This document shows positions 51,341 through 63,238 of a stretch of DNA of 64,000 nucleotides, one piece after another. The translations under genes were made by a program, and so were the position numbers. Source of the DNA: an uncultured delta proteobacterium. Its GTDB lineage: Bacteria; Desulfobacterota; Desulfobaccia; Desulfobaccales; 0-14-0-80-60-11. Numbering within the stretch: position 1 is the first letter of the stretch; every line of letters starts with the position of its first letter. The notes under the pieces are model-generated. The model was given only the letters and a program-made list of their open reading frames with translations, searched no databases and was not told the origin of the DNA. The stretch lies in contig CAVZAM010000006.1 in the NCBI GenBank assembly GCA_963773285.1, positions 25,786 to 89,785 of the forward strand, given 5' to 3'.

Positions 51341-53830
51341 TCAGGTGACGATGTTGATCAGTCTTGCCCCGGGCCAGCACCACCCGCCGGGGTTCCCCCT
51401 TGAGCCATTTTGCACCGACGGGTCCTGAAGGGCAAGTGTTTTAACTGCTCCTCGGTGGCGCTCACCGGGGCCTCGATCCTGCTCCGCACCTTGCCGTCCA
51501 CCTGCACCACCAGGGTGAAGACCGACTCCACCAGGGCCTCCGGTTGGGCCTCGGGCCAGGGCTGCAGCTGCAGGGAGTCTTCATAACCCAGGGCCTGCCA
51601 GAGTTCCTCGGCCAGGTGGGGCACCATGGGGTTCAGAAAGCTTCACTAGGGTCTCGAAGGCCTTCCCGCCAGACCTCGGAAGGTGGGCTCTTCCTTGGGC
51701 AGGGTCTCCAGGGTCAGGTAGAAGGTGTTCACCAGTTCCATCACCGTGGCGATGGCCGTGTTGAAGTGAAACCGCTCCTCGATGTCTTCGGTGACTTTCT
51801 GGATGGCCTGATGCACCTTGCGCCGAAGTTCCTGGAGCCTCGGGTTTCAGATCGGCCCCGGTGCCCCGGTAGGCCGAGACTCCCTTAATGTCGGGGAGGA
51901 TGGTCTGGGTCAGGGTCGAAGACCCGGTGCAGGAAGCGGTGCGCTCCGGCCACCCCCTGGTCGTTCCACTCGAGGTCCCGCTCCGGCGGCGCCGCAAAAA
52001 GCAGAAACAGGCGGGTGGTATCGGTGCCGTAGGTTTGAATCATGTCGTTGGGGTCCACCACGTTGCCCTTGGACTTGGACATCTTGGCCCCGTCCTTCAC
52101 CACCATGCCCTGGGTGAGCAGGCGCGCGAAGGGCTCGGCGACATTCACGTGCCCCAGGTCCCGGAGGACCTTGGTGAAAAAACGGGCGTAGAGCAGGTGC
52201 AGCACCGCGTGCTCGATGCCGCCGATGTACTGGTCCACCGGGGCCCAGTAATTCACCCGGGCCGGGTCCAGGATGCCGCCGGTGTAGTCCGGGCAGGCAA
52301 AGCGCAGGAAATACCAGGAGGACTCCACGAAGGTGTCCATGGTGTCCACCTCCCGGCGGGCCGGCCCCCCGCAGGCGGGGCAGGGCACCTTCCAGAAGGA
52401 CTCCAGTTCGGCGAGCGGTGAGGCCCCCACCTGCTTGATGTGCACATCGAGGGGCAGGACCACGGGCAGGTCTTGTTCGGGGACCGGCACCGCGCCGCAG
52501 GCCTCACAATAAATAATGGGGATGGGCGCGCCCCAGTAACGCTGGCGGGAAATACCCCAGTCCCGCAGGCGGAACTGCTCCGCCGCCTCGCCAAGGTTAT
52601 GTTCGGCCAGATATTTGGCGATGGCGGCCTTGGCCGGGCCGCTCTCCATGCCGGTAAAGGGGCCGGAGTCCACCAGGACGCCGTCCTCCTCGTAGGCCTG
52701 GGTGAGGCTGTCGGCCGCCAGCTTCTCCCCCGGGGGCTGGATCACCACCTTGATCTGCTGGCCGTATTTCCGGGCGAACTCAAAGTCCCGCTGGTCGTGG
52801 GCCGGCACCGCCATGACCGCGCCGGTGCCGTAGCCCATGAGCACAAAATTGGCCACAAAAATGGGCATGTCCCAGCCGGTGACGGGGTTCACGCAGGAGC
52901 GCCCGGTGAATACCCCTTCCTTGGTGATCTCCTCCAGGGCCCCCCGGCTTTTATCCACGGCCCGCCAGTGCGTCGACGAAGCGGCGCACCTCGTCTTCCT
53001 GGGGGGTGCCCTGGGCCAGGGCCAGGGCCCGGGGGTGCTCCGGGGCGAGGCTCATGAAGGTGGCGCCCCACAGGGTGTCCGGGCGGGTGGTGAACACGGT
53101 GATGGGCTCGGCCTCGCCCTTTACCGGAAAATGAATGTGGGCGCCCGATGGACTTGCCGATCCAGTTCCGCTGCATGGTGAGGACCCGCTCCGGCCAGTG
53201 CGTGAGGCGGTCCAGGTCCTGCAGCAGTTCTTCGGCATAGGCGGTGATCTTGAAGAACCACTGCTCCAGCTCCTTTAGGACCACCTCGCTGTCGCAGCGC
53301 CAACAGAGGCCGTCCTCCACCTGCTCGTTGGCCAGGACGGTATGGCAGCTGGGGCACCAGTTCACCGGCGCGGTTTTTTTAAAGGCCAGGCCCCGCTTGA
53401 ACATCTCGATGAACACCAGCTGCTCCCAGCGGTAGTAGTCGGGGTCGCAGGTGGCGATTTCCCGGCGCCAGTCGTAGCTGTAGCCCAGGGCCTTGAGTTG
53501 GCCCCGCATGTAGGCGATGTTGTCGTAGGTCCAGGCAGCCGGGTGGATGCCGGCCTTGAGTGCGGCGTTTTCGGCGGGGAGGCCGAACGCGTCCCAACCC
53601 ATGGGGTGCAGCACGTTAAAGCCCCGCATCCACTTGTAGCGGGCCACCACGTCGCCGATGGTGTAGTTGCGCACGTGGCCCATGTGAATGCGCCCCGAGG
53701 GGTAGGGGAACATCTCCAGCACGTAATATTTGGGCCGGGCCGGGTCCTCGGCGGCATCGAACAGCTGGGTGTCCTCCCAGATCTGCTGCCACTTGGCCTC
53801 CACCCGGTGCGGTTCGTAGCGGCTTGCCAT
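51341..53830 (-). pseudogene. leuS: leucyl-tRNA synthetase with about nine frame disruptions
   Basis: Its pieces are ORFs 52889..53830, 52951..53238, 51885..52958, 51581..51997 and 51358..51627. The HIGH motif ([11 protein letters not shown]) and KMSKS are present. My inferred indel sites are 53144-46, 52961-63, 51913-15, 51834-36, ~51665, 51637-39, 51439-42, 51408-11 and ~51361. Confidence 0.9.
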
Positions 53831-54194
53831 GCAAAACTCCCGGATAAATCTGTGGTTGACTCTCTACTTTATCAAAAAAAATTTTTGTTGGTGGGAGATT
53901 TTTCACGTGCCTGCCACCACCGGCACCTCCCGGGAAGCCGCGTGTACGCCTTAAGGCCCAGGCATCTTATCTCTTTGAAGTTTCCCGAGATTTTGATAAG
54001 TTTCCTGTGGATATGCGGGTCAGCGTCATCATCCCCCGAAAGGCGGGGAGGTGGGGCGAAGCTCGGGAATATGACGCTATAAGCTGTAAGCTGAAACGAA
54101 AAATCAGGCAATAAATTCTCTTTGGCGAATTCAGACCTTATCAACCTCTTTTTCTTTAAAAGCCTAAGGCTTAAAGCTCAACTTAGGAGGAAAC

Positions 54195-54767
54195 ATGGAC
54201 CTGTATGATGCCATTCTGAACCGGCGCAGCCACCGTTTTTACAAGCCCGAGATGCCGCCCCGGGAAGTGCTGGAAAAGGTGATCAACGCGGCCCTGTGGG
54301 CCCCCTCGGGCACCAACGCCCAGCCCTGGGAGATTACCCTGATGGCCGGGCGCTACCGGGAGGAGTTCGTGGCGCGGGCGGCCCACTGCATCGCCCACAT
54401 GATCCCCATCCTCAAGGCGGCCCAGGTCCCGGAAAAGGGCCAGGAGATGGTCATCAAGTTCTTCAAGGACCTGGGGGGCGCGCCGGTGGTCATCGCGGTG
54501 ACCATCCAGAAACTCGAGGATCCCGGCATGATGGAGGCCTTTGTCCAGTCCGGCGCGGCCCTCATGCAAAACCTCCTCCTCGCCGCCCACGCCGAGGGGT
54601 TGGGGACCTGCTGGATGACCGGCCCTAATTTCGTGGCCACGGAATTGCTGGACTACCTGGGGAAACCCGACCAGCACCTCCTGGCCATGACCCCCATCGG
54701 CTACTCCGCCAAGGAGCCGCCGGTGCCTTCCAGAAAGCCCCGGGAAATCCGCTGGCTGGGTTTTTGA
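54195..54767 (+). CDS. nitroreductase-family protein
   Basis: 190-aa ORF with RBS AGGAGG and the pattern ILNRRSHRFY..APSGTNAQPW. Confidence 0.88.
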   Translation: MDLYDAILNRRSHRFYKPEMPPREVLEKVINAALWAPSGTNAQPWEITLMAGRYREEFVARAAHCIAHMIPILKAAQVPEKGQEMVIKFFKDLGGAPVVIAVTIQKLEDPGMMEAFVQSGAALMQNLLLAAHAEGLGTCWMTGPNFVATELLDYLGKPDQHLLAMTPIGYSAKEPPVPSRKPREIRWLGF

Positions 54768-54779
54768 TTAGAATAAGAG

Positions 54780-54956
54780 TTGTGGGGGAGGGGGCTAAGG
54801 GTCGAGGACCCTTACCCCCTCCCCCACGCCCCCACCCCCAATCCCTTGAGTTGGATAATCGGTTAGAGTTGGGCATATGCCTCGACTCTAACCGGCTCAA
54901 AGGGTTGGAGGGGGTGTGGGGGAGGGCAGGGAGCCACTGCTCCCGGCCCTCACCCC
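54780..54956 (+). repeat. G/C-tract modular repeat, copy 10 (full length)
   Basis: Matches the consensus. The centre hairpin is GGTTAGAGT..ACTCTAACC. Confidence 0.9.
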
Positions 54957-55024
54957 AGAATAATTTTTTGCGAAGCAAAGGATAATATTTGCAAGGTCTG
55001 AAAACAACCGAAGCGCCGCTGCTC

Positions 55025-55816
55025 ATGATGCAGGGGGCCACCGTGGTCAAAAACGGCCGGCGCATCCTGGACGATATCACCCTGACGATCCGCCAGGGTG
55101 AACACACCGTCATCCTGGGGCCCAACGGCGCCGGCAAGTCCTCCCTCATGCGCCTCATCACCCGGCAGGACTACCCCCTGGCCCACGCCGACGGCACCCC
55201 GCCCCTGCTCCTGTTCGGCCAAAGCCTCTGGAATGTCTTTCAATTGCGGGCCCTTATGGGTATCATTTCGGAGGAACTGCAGATTGCCTTCATCACCCGC
55301 ACCCTGCCCGGCCGCACCCGGGGCCTGGACGTGGTGATATCCGGTTTTTTCGCCACCTACGGGGTGTTTCCCTATCAGCACGTCACCGAGGCCATGCGGG
55401 ACCGGGCCCGTGAGACCCTGGCCCTCATGGAGGCGTCCCATCTCGCCGACGCCGCCATTGAAACCATGTCGACGGGAGAAGCCCGGCGCCTCATGATCGC
55501 CCGGGCCCTGGTCTCGGACCCTAAGGCCCTCATGCTGGACGAGCCCACCGCGGGGCTGGACCTGCCGGCCCGGCAGCGGTTCCTGGGGACCCTGCAAAGA
55601 ATCGCCCGGCACGGCAAGACCATCATCCTGGTCACCCACCGGGTGGAGGAGATTTTTCCGGAAATCAACCGGGCCATCCTCTTAAAACAGGGCCGGGTCC
55701 TCCTGGACGGCGACAAAAAGGACACCCTGACCTCAGAACATTTGTCCACCCTGTTCGAGGCGCCCATCACGGTGCATCAACACCACGGCTACTACAGCGC
55801 CGTGTGCGGGGTTTAG
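55025..55816 (+). CDS. ABC transporter ATP-binding protein (stand-alone ATPase)
   Basis: Walker A GPNGAGKSS, signature-like MSTGEARR, Walker B LMLDEPTAGLD. I chose ATG 55025 over the TTG at 54989. Confidence 0.85.
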   Translation: MMQGATVVKNGRRILDDITLTIRQGEHTVILGPNGAGKSSLMRLITRQDYPLAHADGTPPLLLFGQSLWNVFQLRALMGIISEELQIAFITRTLPGRTRGLDVVISGFFATYGVFPYQHVTEAMRDRARETLALMEASHLADAAIETMSTGEARRLMIARALVSDPKALMLDEPTAGLDLPARQRFLGTLQRIARHGKTIILVTHRVEEIFPEINRAILLKQGRVLLDGDKKDTLTSEHLSTLFEAPITVHQHHGYYSAVCGV

Positions 55817-55836
55817 GGAATGGGGTAAAAGGAAGC

Positions 55837-56029
55837 TTGCGGGGGAGGGGGCTAAGGGTCGCAGACCCTTACCCCCTCCCCCGCACCCCCTCCCCCAATC
55901 CCTTGAGGGGGTTAATTTGGCCGGCTGGATCCGTGGCCTCAAGGCCCCGGCTTCAAGCCGACCCCTTAAAGGGTTGGGAGGGGGGCGTGGGGGGAGGGCA
56001 GGGAGCCGCTGCTCCCTGGCCCTCCCCCC
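55837..56029 (+). repeat. G/C-tract modular repeat, copy 11 (full length)
   Basis: Matches the consensus. It lies between the ABC ATPase stop and the tyrS start. Confidence 0.9.
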
Positions 56030-56059
56030 ATAGCACAATCATAATAATGGAGAACATAC

Positions 56060-57283
56060 GTGAAATCAGTTGCAGAGCAGATGGCCCTCATTAAACAAGG
56101 CTGTCAGGAAATCATTCGAGAAGAAGAGCTCAAACAGAGGTTGGAGAAATCCCTGGCCACCGGGAAGCCGCTCCGGGTCAAGGCCGGGTTTGATCCCACC
56201 GCGCCGGACCTGCACCTGGGGCACACCGTCCTCATCCACAAGCTCAAGCATTTCCAGGACCTGGGGCACCAGGTGATTTTTCTCATCGGGGACTTCACCG
56301 GCCTCATCGGCGACCCCTCGGGGAAAAGCGAGACCCGGCCGCCCCTGACCGAAGATCAGGTCAAGGCCAACGCCGCCACCTACGAGCGCCAGATCTTCAA
56401 GGTGCTGGACCCGGAGCGCACCATCATCGACTTCAACAGCCGCTGGATGAAGGCCATGGGGGCCCAGGACCTCATCCGGCTGGCGGCCCGGCACACCGTG
56501 GCCCGGATGCTGGAACGGGACGACTTCCACAAGCGCTACCAGTCCCAGACCCCCATCGCGGTGCACGAATTCCTCTATCCCCTCATCCAGGCCTATGACT
56601 CGGTGGCCCTGGAGGCCGACGTGGAACTGGGGGGCACCGACCAGAAGTTCAACCTCCTGGTGGGCCGTGACATCCAGCGGGAATACGGGCAGATCCCCCA
56701 GATCGTCATCACCCTGCCGCTCCTGGAGGGGCTGGACGGGGTGCAGAAGATGAGCAAATCCCTGGGGAATTACGTGGGCATCGACGAGCCCCCCCAGACC
56801 ATGTTCGGCAAAATCATGTCTCTCCCGGACGCCCTGATGCTCCGGTACTACGAACTCTTAAGCGACCTGGGCCCGGCTGATCTGGCCAAACTGGCCCGGG
56901 ACCTGGAAACGGGCGCCAGGCACCCCCGGGACGCCAAGGAGGAGTTGGCCCGGGAAATCACCGCCCGCTACCACGGGGCCGCCGCCGCAGAAAACGCGGT
57001 GAGGGAATTTGCCCAGGTCTTCAGGGAGGGGGGGCTGCCGGACGACATCGAGGCGGTAACCGTCAGGGCCGATCAGGAGAGGGTGTGGCTGCCCAAAGTC
57101 ATGGTGGCGGCGGGGTTGGCCGGGGGCACCTCCGAGGGCCGGCGCCTCATCAGCCAGGGGGGCGTGTCGGTGGACGGGGAAAAAATCAGCGACGTCAACG
57201 CCGAATTGCCGGCAGGGGGCACTTTTTTGTTGCAGGTAGGGAAAAGAAGGTTTAAGCGCGTGACCCTAAAAGCCGATACGTAA
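56060..57283 (+). CDS. tyrS: tyrosyl-tRNA synthetase
   Basis: 407-aa ORF with a GTG start, HIGH-type motif PDLHLGH, KMSKS, and a C-terminal S4-like domain. Confidence 0.95.
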   Translation: MKSVAEQMALIKQGCQEIIREEELKQRLEKSLATGKPLRVKAGFDPTAPDLHLGHTVLIHKLKHFQDLGHQVIFLIGDFTGLIGDPSGKSETRPPLTEDQVKANAATYERQIFKVLDPERTIIDFNSRWMKAMGAQDLIRLAARHTVARMLERDDFHKRYQSQTPIAVHEFLYPLIQAYDSVALEADVELGGTDQKFNLLVGRDIQREYGQIPQIVITLPLLEGLDGVQKMSKSLGNYVGIDEPPQTMFGKIMSLPDALMLRYYELLSDLGPADLAKLARDLETGARHPRDAKEELAREITARYHGAAAAENAVREFAQVFREGGLPDDIEAVTVRADQERVWLPKVMVAAGLAGGTSEGRRLISQGGVSVDGEKISDVNAELPAGGTFLLQVGKRRFKRVTLKADT

Positions 57284-57332
57284 GGAGAGAGCCTGAAGGT
57301 TCACCTTATCACCCGTTTTTTGCAGGAGCGAG

Positions 57333-58284
57333 ATGCCTCGCCGGCCAGACCTTACCTGGGCCATGTTTGTGGCCGGCCTTATCTTTCTGGGGGTGTCCCT
57401 GTCCCACCGGGGATGGTGCCGGGAAAATACCGGTGCGCCCACACCCATTGAGAAACACGCCCAGGCCGTCGCCGTCGTAATCCCGCCCCAGCCGCCGCAC
57501 CTGGCCGCGCATCAAGCCTCGCCAGGCAATCCCACCCGGCCGGAAGGTTCTGCCGCCGCACGCTCCATCTGCAACTCCCAGAGGTTCCGCTGGCTCACCG
57601 GGGGCTTCCTGGGCTCCACCCTGTGCTATTATGCCTACGGCTACCCCTTGAGCCAGGTCTGGCAGGAGGGGCTGTGGCCTCCGGGCCTCCTTGATCTTCT
57701 GGGGCTGGCAGCCTTTGTTTACCTGGTTTACCGGCTGTACCAGAGGCTCAAGGGAGGGGATCAGGCCCCGGCGGAGGCGCGGCCGAGCTTCATGAGGCCC
57801 GACTCAGGCGACCCGCCCCCCATCGACGTCAGAGAAGAGGCCGGACCGGGGCTGACCGCCATAAAGGAGACGGACCCGGATTTTAGCGTCGAGGTTTTTG
57901 GGGAAGAGGTGTACCGGTTGCTCCTGGAAGTTTATGCCGCCTGGAACCAGGAGCACATCAACGGCCTGAACGGCAGGGTGAAGGAAAGTCTTCTGGAGTA
58001 TCTCCTGATGGGCCTCAAGATCATGTCCTTAAGGGAGGAAAGAAGCTACCTGGAGGATATGATCCTGGAGGGCGTCACGGTCACCCAGGCCAGGGTCGAA
58101 GACGGCCGGGAGCTTATCACGGTGTGCTTTCGGGGGCGGCTCCTGGATTACGTGCTGGATAAAGTGAGCGGCAAGCTCCTGCTGGGAAGCCTGGCCTACC
58201 CCGCCACCTTCCAGGAATACTGGGACCTGGAACGGCCCCGGGGCCACGGGCCCCTGGGTGCTCCAGGACATCAGGGACGGCTGA
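57333..58284 (+). pseudogene. Tim44-like-domain membrane protein, last 11 codons shifted by one extra base
   Basis: It has TM segments followed by a Tim44-like C-terminal domain. Removing one C of C4 at 58251-58254 gives ..RGHGPWVLQDIRDG-stop at 58282-58284 instead of reading through into repeat copy 12. Confidence 0.7.
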
Positions 58285-58373
58285 GGCGGGCCTCGCCTGG
58301 ACCATAAACTCAAAGGGTGGGGAGGGGGGTGTGGGGGGAGGGCAGGGAGCCACCGCTCCCTGGCCCTCCCCCC
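58284..58373 (+). repeat. G/C-tract repeat, copy 12 (right half only)
   Basis: GCCTCGCCTGGACCATAAACTCAAAGGGTGGGGAGGGGGGTGTGGGGGGAGGGCAGGGAGCcaccGCTCCCTGGCCCTCCCCCC. Its centre fragment matches copies 5 and 6. Confidence 0.85.
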
Positions 58374-58383
58374 AAAAGACCAT

Positions 58384-59316
58384 TCATTCCTTTTCCAGGG
58401 CCAGCTCGATCAGCCGATCCAGGAGTTGCGGGAATTCCAGGCCGTAGGCCCTGGCCGCCTGGGGAAAGAGGCTGGTGGCGGTCATGCCGGGGATGGTGTT
58501 GGTCTCCAGGACATAAATATCCCCGCCCTTGATGATCATGTCGGTGCGGCTGTAGCCCCGGCAGTGCAGGGCCCGGTGCGCGGTGAGGGCGATTTCCTGG
58601 GCCCTTTTCGTGGTGGCATCGTCCACCCGGGCCGGGCAGACTTCCCTGGAGGCCCCCGGCTTGTACTTGGCCTCGTAATCGAAAAAGGCGTACTGGTCCG
58701 AGGGGATGATCTCCACCAGGGGGAGAGCGGTGAGCTCGGCGTTCCCCAGCACCCCCCCGGTCACCTCCACTCCGTCCAGGAACTCCTCCACCAGGACGCG
58801 GTGGTCGTGACCAAAGGCGGCCTCCAGACCCCTCTCCAGTTCCTCGATGGTGCCGGCCTTGGTAATGCCGATGCTGGAGCCCTCGTGCACCGGTTTGATG
58901 ACCACCGGCAACCCCAGTTCGGCAGCCACCTCCCGGGGATCGGCGGCTTCGCCCCGGGACAGAAACAGGGCCCGGCTCACCTTCAGGCCGGCCTGCTGAT
59001 AAAGCATTTTGCTCAATTCCTTGTTCATCGCCAAAGCACTGCCCAAAACGCCGGAGCCCTGGTAGGGAATTTCCAGGAGGTCCAGCATGCCCTGGAGGGT
59101 GCCGTCCTCGCCGCCCCGGCCGTGGAGGATCACCAGGGCCGCGTCGAGGTCACGGGCATCGTGGGCCAGGCGCTCCAGGTCGTCTCTCGGGTCGTAGCGG
59201 CGGATGTCGTACCTGGTTTGGTCCAGGGCCTGATAGACCTGTTCCCCGCTGTTTAAGGACACTTCCCGCTCGGCGGAGTTGCCGCCGGCGATCAGGGCCA
59301 GACGCAGTTTGGTCAT
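58384..59316 (-). CDS. ddl: D-alanine--D-alanine ligase
   Basis: The true ATG is at 59316 (MTKLRLALIAGGNSAEREVS). It has an ATP-grasp region and a C-terminal ETNTIPGMT. Confidence 0.93.
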   Translation of the reverse strand: MTKLRLALIAGGNSAEREVSLNSGEQVYQALDQTRYDIRRYDPRDDLERLAHDARDLDAALVILHGRGGEDGTLQGMLDLLEIPYQGSGVLGSALAMNKELSKMLYQQAGLKVSRALFLSRGEAADPREVAAELGLPVVIKPVHEGSSIGITKAGTIEELERGLEAAFGHDHRVLVEEFLDGVEVTGGVLGNAELTALPLVEIIPSDQYAFFDYEAKYKPGASREVCPARVDDATTKRAQEIALTAHRALHCRGYSRTDMIIKGGDIYVLETNTIPGMTATSLFPQAARAYGLEFPQLLDRLIELALEKE

Positions 59317-59906
59317 AACTCTCTCCTGGCATGATTGAGTTCCAGCAGGTCCGCAAGGGTCGAAGCTCAATCGACCGAAAAGTTTCGCCTCCAGGCGCCG
59401 GGCCGCCTGCTCCAAGCCGGCTATGCGGCTGCGGGCCTCGGGGCTCTTGCCATAGCGAACCCTCAGGTCGGCGAAGCGCTCGCTTAAGCGTCACCACCCG
59501 GGCGTGGAGTACCCTCTTGTCGGCGTAATTGACCACCTCGGCCTCCCGCACGGGCCGGGGGTCTTTCCCCGGGGGCTGCAAAAAGACGTGCTCCCGGACT
59601 ACCTGGGCCACTTCGGGAAAGCCGGCGGCGTCCAGGGCCTTGGCCCCCCACTCGGCGTGGTTGTCGGCAGTGCCCAGGCACGCCGTCTTGCCCAAATCGT
59701 GGAGCAGGGCCCCGGCGTCGATGAGAGTCGAGGTGCAGGGCCAGGCCGGCCTCCGTGAGCCAGGTCCCCAGGCGCAGGGCCACCTCCCGCACCAGCAGGG
59801 AATGTTCCCGGATGTTGGGCAGCATGTCATGAGCCGCCATGAGGGCCAGGCAGTCGGAGGGGGTGGGAATGTCAATCCCCTGGAATTTTCCGGCGGTGGC
59901 GTCCAT
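59313..59906 (-). pseudogene. HD-domain phosphohydrolase with three 1-nt insertions
   Basis: Its pieces lie in ORFs 59484..59906, 59150..59875 and the 5' extension of the ddl ORF. The HD motif is ALLHDLGK. Inferred extra bases lie near 59724-27, 59484-87 and 59355-56. The corrected tail ..LSFDPADLLELNHARREL-TGA overlaps the ddl ATG. Confidence 0.7.
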
Positions 59907-59909
59907 GAC

Positions 59910-60415
59910 CTATCCCAGCTCCTGAGGGAACGGCAGGGGGGGCGATTCCCGGGTCACCAGGACCACGGCATAGGCGGCGATGCCCTCCTCCCGGCCGGCA
60001 AAGCCCATCTGCTCGGTGCTGGTGGCCTTGATGCTCACCGCGCCGGGATCGAGGCCCAGGATGGGGGCGATTTTTTCGATCATCCGTGGGATGTGGGGCG
60101 CTAATTTGGGTTTTTCCGCCACCACCGTGACATCGACGTTGACCGGCTTATAGCCCTTGGAGTGCACCACGGCCACGATGCGCTCCAGCAAAACCAGGCT
60201 GGAGATGCCCCGGTAAGTGGGGTCGTTGTCAGGGAAATGGCGCCCCAGGTCCCCCGCCGCCACCGCGCCCAGCAGGGCATCCCCCAGGGCGTGGGTGAGG
60301 ACATCGGCATCGGAGTGGCCGCTTAAACCCAGGTGATAAGGGATCTCCACCCCCCCCAGGATGAGGGGGCGGCCCGCGGCCAGCCGGTGGGCGTCGTAAC
60401 CGAATCCGACCCGCA

Positions 60416-60416
<1 letters not shown>
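59910..60416 (-). CDS. ispF: 2-C-methyl-D-erythritol 2,4-cyclodiphosphate synthase
   Basis: 168-aa ORF MRVGFGYDAHRL...SDADVLTHA. Confidence 0.95.
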
Positions 60417-61117
<701 letters not shown>

Positions 61118-61121
<4 letters not shown>

Positions 61122-62039
61122 GCCCGGGCCTCCACGGCGCCCTGGCGGGAGACGGTGCCGGCCCGGCCGGGGAGGCGCCCCTGGTAGACCGGGCAGACAG
61201 GCAAGTCCTGCCGGTGCTTATCAAGCTCCCGGGCCCAGTCGGCCAGGCGGAAGAAGGCCACCCCCCGGTCCCGGCACCGGTCCAGAAAGCCGGCGAAGTC
61301 CGCCAGGAAAGGCCCGCCCTCCAGTTCGGCATGGAGGGTGAGGACCTGGGGCCGGCCGTTTTCCAGGCGGGCAAGGATCAGGTCGAAGAAGTCCGCCGGC
61401 GTGCACCGGTGGAATCCCACCAGCTCATCCAGGGTGGGGAGCGTCGTGGGGATTTCCAGCAAGGGACTGATCCTGGCGCCGAAGCGGGGAAAAAACGGCC
61501 GGGTCCCCCGGGTGTCGCTGGCGTAGGCAAACCCGGCTTCGGCCAGCGCGGCCCGGCTCGTTGCACTGGCCTGCCAGCCGGGCGCGGCGAAAGAGGCGGC
61601 CGGGGCTCCCATAATTTCGGTATACATGGCCTGGGCCCGGTGGATTTCCCGGTTTACTTCTTCCCGGGTCATGGTGAGCAGCTTATCGTGCCAGCCCACG
61701 TGGTCATAGCCATGGAGGCCCACTTCGTGGCCGGCGGCCCGACAGGCGGGGCAACAGGCCAAACGCGGCCCGGCCGATGCTGGGGGCCGGCAGCACGGTG
61801 CCGTACAGCATGGTGGGGAAACCGTAAACCGAAGGAGCCCGGGTACGCAGCATTTTCTCCAGAAAACCCCGCTGGCGGAACACCCGAAATATGGCCCGGC
61901 CAGAGTTGTCCGGCCCCAGGGCCACAAAAAAAGAGGCCCTGATATCCCGGGCGGCGAAAACTTTAAGGAGGGCGGGTACGCCCTCAGTCAGGCCGCCCAG
62001 GGTGTCAACGTCCACTTTCAGACCTAAACGCACCGGCAA
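61118..62039 (-). pseudogene. arnD: ArnD-like polysaccharide deacetylase (4-deoxy-4-formamido-L-arabinose deformylase type), frame broken by one extra base
   Basis: The N-terminal part VRLGLKVDVDTLGGLTEGVP..FFVALGPDNSG and C-terminal part HEVGLHGYDH.. parallel E. coli ArnD from memory. An extra G in G4 at 61748-61751 is inferred. The start (TTG 62039 or GTG 62033) is uncertain. The stop overlaps the ispD ATG. Confidence 0.75.
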
Positions 62040-62064
62040 TAGCCCTATCGACAGCGAAGCGTTT

Positions 62065-62117
62065 TGGGAGGAGGGCCAGGGACTTGCAAGCCACTGTCCC
62101 CGGACCCTCTCTTCCCA
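62065..62117 (-). repeat. degenerate G/C-tract hairpin unit (inverted)
   Basis: TGGGAGGAGGGCCAGGGAC..GTCCCCGGACCCTCTCTTCCCA resembles a decayed right-hand unit. It lies between the arnA-DH stop and the arnD start. Confidence 0.5.
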
Positions 62118-62137
62118 AAAGCTCCCGTCAATCAATC

Positions 62138-63187
62138 TCAAATTTTCCCCCGGCTTTCCCGGACCTCCGCCAGGAAGGCATCCAGAGTGATGGACAGGGA
62201 GGTCGCCAGGTCAGTCCTGGGCTCCCAGCCCAACAAGTTCCGGGCCTTGTCGATGGAGGGCTTCCGGGTCAGGATGTCCTGGTAGCCCTGGCCATAATAG
62301 GAATCCGCCGAAGTCTCGACGATCTTTGAGTAAGTACCGTCGCCGGCGTGGTCCGGGTGCCGGCGGAAGAGGTCCCGCAAGAGCTCGGCCAATTCCTTCA
62401 CCGAGGCCTCGTTGGCCGGGTTGCCGATGTTGAAAATCTGGCCGTCAGCCTGGCCCCCGGGATTTTCGATGATGGTCATGAGGCCGTCGATGCCGTCTTC
62501 CACGTAGGTGAAGCAGCGCTTTTGCCCGCCCCCGTCCACCAGCCTGATGGGCTCCCGCTCAAGGAGGTTCAGGATGAACTGGGTCACCACCCGGGAGCTC
62601 CCTTCCTTGGCGGCGTACAGGTCGTCCAGCTTGGGGCCGATCCAGTTGAAGGGGCGGAACAGGGTGAACCGGAGGCTGCCTTCCTGGCCGTAAGCCCAGA
62701 TGACCCGGTCCAGGAGCTGTTTGCTGCAGGAATAAATCCAGCGCTGCTTGTTGATGGGGCCCAGGATCAGGGGGCTCACGTCTTCGGAGAACTCCGCATC
62801 GGCGCACATGCCGTAGACCTCGGAGGTGGAGGGGAAGATGATGCGGGTGCCGTATTTGACGCACTGGCGCACCACCCTGAGGTTCTCCTCGAAGTCCAGT
62901 TCGAAGACGGTGAGGGGTTTTTTCACGTAAGTCATGGGGGTGGCGATGGCCACCAGGGGCAGGACCACATCGCACTTCTTGATGTGGTACTCGATCCACT
63001 CCTTGTTGATGGCAATGTCCCCCTCGAGGAAGTGAAACCGGGGGTTTCCCAGGCTCTCGGCAATTTTGTTGGAGTAGAGGTCCATGCCGAAGACCTCCCA
63101 ATCCCGGGTGGCCAGGATGCGCCGGACCAGGGCATTGCCGATGAAGCCGTTGACGCCGAGGATAAGTATATTCATAGGGTTTTTCAA
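62138..63187 (-). CDS. arnA: UDP-glucuronate decarboxylase-type SDR (ArnA C-terminal dehydrogenase domain as a separate gene)
   Basis: 349-aa ORF with Rossmann motif [14 protein letters not shown] and YSCSK. It is collinear with the E. coli ArnA C-terminal half from memory. Confidence 0.85.
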   Translation of the reverse strand: MKNPMNILILGVNGFIGNALVRRILATRDWEVFGMDLYSNKIAESLGNPRFHFLEGDIAINKEWIEYHIKKCDVVLPLVAIATPMTYVKKPLTVFELDFEENLRVVRQCVKYGTRIIFPSTSEVYGMCADAEFSEDVSPLILGPINKQRWIYSCSKQLLDRVIWAYGQEGSLRFTLFRPFNWIGPKLDDLYAAKEGSSRVVTQFILNLLEREPIRLVDGGGQKRCFTYVEDGIDGLMTIIENPGGQADGQIFNIGNPANEASVKELAELLRDLFRRHPDHAGDGTYSKIVETSADSYYGQGYQDILTRKPSIDKARNLLGWEPRTDLATSLSITLDAFLAEVRESRGKI

Positions 63188-63238
63188 TTCAGACGCCGCC
63201 TTGGGTGGCGGCGCTTCATTCTACAACGTCAGAAGAAA

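Noticed and set aside
51643-51648. Tandem in-frame TAG-TGA inside leuS
   Set aside because: These are stops only in the frame produced by the neighbouring indels. In the reconstructed frame the bases read L-V-K (..ETLVKLL..), so they are not real stop codons.
53831-54194. The 364-bp leuS/nitroreductase divergent intergenic region as a hidden ncRNA, T-box or small ORF (ORF 53872-54144)
   Set aside because: I could find no T-box specifier/antiterminator pattern or other recognisable fold. The 90-aa ORF has no RBS and an implausible composition. The region probably holds divergent promoters plus TAAGCTG-type short repeats.
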